A stretch of 64,000 nt of DNA from Basidiobolus meristosporus CBS 931.73. Lineage: Eukaryota > Fungi > Basidiobolomycota. Below, piece by piece: positions 60,989-64,000 of the stretch. The stretch covers positions 29,995-93,994 of the forward strand of contig MCFE01000329.1 of the NCBI GenBank assembly GCA_002104905.1, written 5' to 3'. Within the stretch, counting starts at the first letter, position 1. Every line of letters starts with the position of its first letter. The notes beneath the pieces are model-generated. The model saw nothing but the letters and a program-made list of their open reading frames with translations. It was not told where the DNA came from and searched no databases. Both the position numbers and the translations under genes were made by a program.

Positions 60989-62419
60989 ATACTTAATGAT
61001 GCCCTAGTGGCCAGCAGAATTCTTACAGTGTCAAGCTTGCCAGTGTGCCTGACTGTCTTCTATTAGGGCAAAAATGACAGAGGTGGGGTGGCCTTCAGAC
61101 AGGCTTCTAGTGGCTTCATGCAGGCCTTATTGTGGTTATCTACCACTTTTGTATAATGCTACCATGGTAATTTACCAAGTGGAATACTATTATTATACCT
61201 CCTCACATGCCTCTTATATATTCAATTTCAAGTGCATACCTCTTTGTAGTTTCACCTACTACCACTATACTCTACAGATCAAATAAGTCATATAGACCAT
61301 AGTCTCCTGCTTATTAGTGCCCTATAGACCTGTATATCTGCTGCAATCAGCACACCATTATCACTACAGCTTTGTGGCTTCTTGACTAAGATTATACCCT
61401 TCCCAGAAAGTACATGGCATACTCTGGTAAAGTGGACCTAACAAAAGTTTACTTGCATATTACATACAACAAGACCTTTCTGTACTTTGCTGAATACTCA
61501 TGTACTGAGGCTGCTAAGCTTCTTATTGCCAACAACATATGTGCTACCACATTTACATCTGTTCTCATTGTTTTCCTTCTATTGCTGATGGTGCTACTTA
61601 CACCTACATCATTAAATATATGCTGGGCCTGAATATGATATTCTCTTCAAGTATGACTGCACTAACAGCTTGTCTTTCTTTCAGTGTGTTGAGGCTAATA
61701 CCTGTACAATAGCCCACTATACTCAACAAACCTCATAAACACATGCCATGAAAGGGCAGGAAGTTGCAATAAAATGGCAGCGCTATGTTTATGGCCAATA
61801 GCATAGTTTTGCAAGATTGAAGAACTCTACAGACAGGGTAAGTCTGCACTCTAGAAGATCTAAATACTGCCCAGGCTCTCATATACCTTGCATAGGCTTC
61901 AGTATATTCAACCATAAGCTGTGGAAGTGTCTTCAATACCATGATCAATCCCAGGACAAGTATATAATTACCTATATAAGTAAGGCCAACAGTGAAAATC
62001 AGGTGTGCAACAATCCATCTGGTAACATGCTACTACCTACCTTTATTCACCATCTTGTTGGCCTATAAATATGCACAGCTCTGTGATAAAAAGCAATGCA
62101 GAGCACAGTTCAGCAAAGGGAGCCCTCATTGGCTCTTAGTTTCCAGGGATACAAACATCCTCACCATATTGTGCCTGCTTTGCCAGTTTTACTTCTTAAT
62201 CTTCAGGTATTTTGAATGTCCTTGCTGGCAGTGAGTGTAAATATCTGAGTATTGTTCAGGGGTATGCTGCCTTGCAAATGCACTTATCTTAACCTCACTT
62301 GGTACTTACATGGCAATACCAATCCTGCAGCTAGTTCAAAATCCAAAGTAGTTTCTAAAGAGCTCAGTTTATAATTCCATGCTATTGTTAATGTCTTAGG
62401 CATCCCTCTCATCTTACTA

Positions 62420-62739
62420 CTAATAAACAGGTAGTAGTCATGTCCTCTGTATACCTAGATTATAATCAACAGGCCCTGGAGAGTTATGGCTAGATTCCTT
62501 GTTAAGGTTAACTTTGAATATTTCCCCAGAATATCAGGTAAACAAAACATGCAAAGTTTGAAAGTTGGCCAAACAGCCCCAAACTTTGTTGGAACCTCAC
62601 TTGTCATAAGACTCAGGTTTATTTTTCCAAGATCAAGTAGAAGTATAAATACTCTCACATCTAATGAATGATTAAGTGAAGATCACATATTCTACATATT
62701 TTCCCAATCACTTCCAATGTCTCTTAGACTCTAAAAACA
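62420..62739 (+). mobile_element. Highly diverged solo LTR of the copia LTR family (5' boundary approximate)
   Basis: Shares ccaaacagccccaaacttt, aagtataaatact and ttcccaatcacttccaatgtctc..agactct..aaca with the other LTRs. Confidence 0.6.
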
Positions 62740-62950
62740 CTCTACTGCATAATCTGCACAAGAGCTCTTATTGTCTATGTTCATCAGGCACCCAAACCAA
62801 ACAAGTAGTATGAAGCACTAGGATCACAGGTCCAAGCACCGTTGTCTGAGTATTAAAACACCCCATTCAATGGGTCAACAAGTGCTCATCATTGTCGGAC
62901 TAATACTCACAGTAAGGATTCCCTAGTTGGAGTACCACCAAATGTTTGGC

Positions 62951-63757
62951 TTAGGGGGAGGAAAGTCACCAAGTGGTGAAATCTTTATTTACTTATGACA
63001 AGTATCTAAAGAAGCCAAGTTAATCTGAAGTAATTCCTAGAAAGCTAGGTCTGAGAGGTATCTTCCTGGTAAGCCAGGTCTGAGAGTTGAGAAGCTGAGT
63101 GGTACTGTATTTCCTAGTAAGCTAGGTCTGAGAGAGGTTTCCTGGAAAGCCAGGCCTGAGAATTGAGAATCTGAATATATCTGAGGTGAAGTGTACTGAT
63201 TTGCGGTAGCTGATTTGTGGCCGGAATGGCCAGTAGACTGGGGGAACTGAGGGAAATATCTGGGTGATCACTGGCCAAATTTACTAGGCAAATCTGACCA
63301 ATTAGCATTTCAAGGATTTCAGCCAATCAGAGCCTTTACTTTGCCTGATGGTTGATCAAGCCATCTCCCAATGAGCACACATCAATTTATTGATCAAATT
63401 TTGTTGGATCCAGTATTTGAACCCACAACCATGGGTATGGAAGGGTTAGGGATAACCACAAGGCTAAGTGTTCTTGGTTAGGGGGGAGGAAAGTCACCAA
63501 GTGGTGAAATCTTTATTTACTTATGACAAGTATCTAAAGAAGCCATGTTAATCTGAAGTAATTCCTAGAAAGCTAGGTCTGAGAGATATCTTCCTGGTAA
63601 GCCAGGTCTGAGAGTTGAGAAGCTGAGTGGTACTATATTTCCTAGTTAGCTAGGTCTGAGAGTGGTTTCCTGGAAAGCCAGGCCTGAGAAGTGAGAATCT
63701 GAATATATCTGAGCTAAGTTATACTGGTTTGCGGTAGGTGAATTGTGGCCAGAATGG
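62951..63757. repeat. Subtelomeric direct repeat: two ~280-bp units (62951-63229 and 63478-63757), period 527 bp
   Basis: About 94% identical by eye. Each starts TTAGGGGG(G)AGG and holds four CCTRG-N4-CYAGG motifs. Confidence 0.92.
63401..63473 (-). ncRNA. tRNA-derived/SINE-head-like segment (decayed A-box and B-box)
   Basis: Minus strand TAGCCTTGTGG (A-box-like, 63466-63456) and GGTTCAAATAC (B-box-like, 63423-63413) at tRNA-like spacing. The stems do not fold as a functional tRNA. Confidence 0.3.
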
Positions 63758-64000
63758 GTTAGGGTAGGGGGGGGTTAGGGTTAGGGTTAGGGTTAGGGTT
63801 AGGTTAGGGTTAGGGTTAGGGGTTAGGGTTAGGGTTAGGGTTAGGGTTAGGGTTAGGGTTAGGGTTAGGGTTAGGGTTAGGGTTAGGGTTAGGGTTAGGG
63901 TTAGGGTTAGGGTTAGGGTTAGGGTTAGGGTTAGGGTTAGGGTTAGGGTTAGGGTTAGGGTTAGGGTTAGGGTTAGGGTTAGGGTTAGGGTTAGGTTAGG
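63756..64000 (+). repeat. Telomere, (TTAGGG)n, about 40 units with proximal variant repeats
   Basis: G-rich strand runs 5'->3' to the end of the window. Variants GTAGGGGGGGG, TTAGG and TTAGGGG occur near the start. Confidence 0.98.

Noticed and set aside
46500-62900. Classical ascomycete RIP (CpA->TpA), and Fanzor/TnpB or tyrosine-recombinase remnants
   Set aside because: CA and TG are abundant rather than depleted. I saw no RuvC, TnpB zinc-finger or RHRY motifs in the fragments I could translate. 61.0-62.4 kb remains unclassified.
63443-63451. CCCTAACCC as the template of the telomerase RNA gene
   Set aside because: Nine bases 300 bp from a telomere, in CpG-decayed DNA, are easily explained as a telomeric remnant. 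I could not identify a pseudoknot or other TER elements.
62951-63757. Hammerhead ribozymes (as in Penelope pLTRs or retrozymes) in the subtelomeric units
   Set aside because: No CTGANGA core on either strand. The recurring CTGAGAG does not fit the consensus.

Overview
This window is the right end of a eukaryotic chromosome, most likely from an early-diverging fungus. That assignment is an inference from short GT-AG introns, a STE12-like factor, a WDR62/MAPKBP1 homologue and a TTAGGG telomere. There are four compartments. (1) 1-11.3 kb is a nest of degenerate Ty1/copia elements with one ~350-bp LTR family, plus a gypsy gag, a 732-bp foldback palindrome and a MITE fragment. (2) 11.7-46.1 kb is a gene-dense, CpG-rich block: SPF30, UNC-93-like, SYS1, COX24/mS38, promethin, MAPKBP1/WDR62, STE12, PIH1, RRB1, RIM1, a GT31-like/GT34 fusion, AIM24, a GH32 invertase, an ADP-ribosylglycohydrolase, secreted proteins, a 31-aa tandem-repeat Tyr/Arg protein, and two frameshifted bacterial-type genes (GNAT and CHAP). 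(3) 46.5-62.9 kb is an almost CpG-free graveyard of copia, gypsy, CACTA, Harbinger, LINE and MITE remnants. (4) 62.95-64 kb holds two ~280-bp subtelomeric units carrying covarying hairpin motifs, separated by a tRNA-like A/B-box segment that contains CCCTAACCC, followed by about 40 TTAGGG repeats. The strongest candidates for new biology are the telomere-adjacent unit array, the repeat-restricted CpG erasure, the Tyr/Arg block-charged repeat protein and the CHAP gene. All translations, counts and identities were done by eye; no database search was run.
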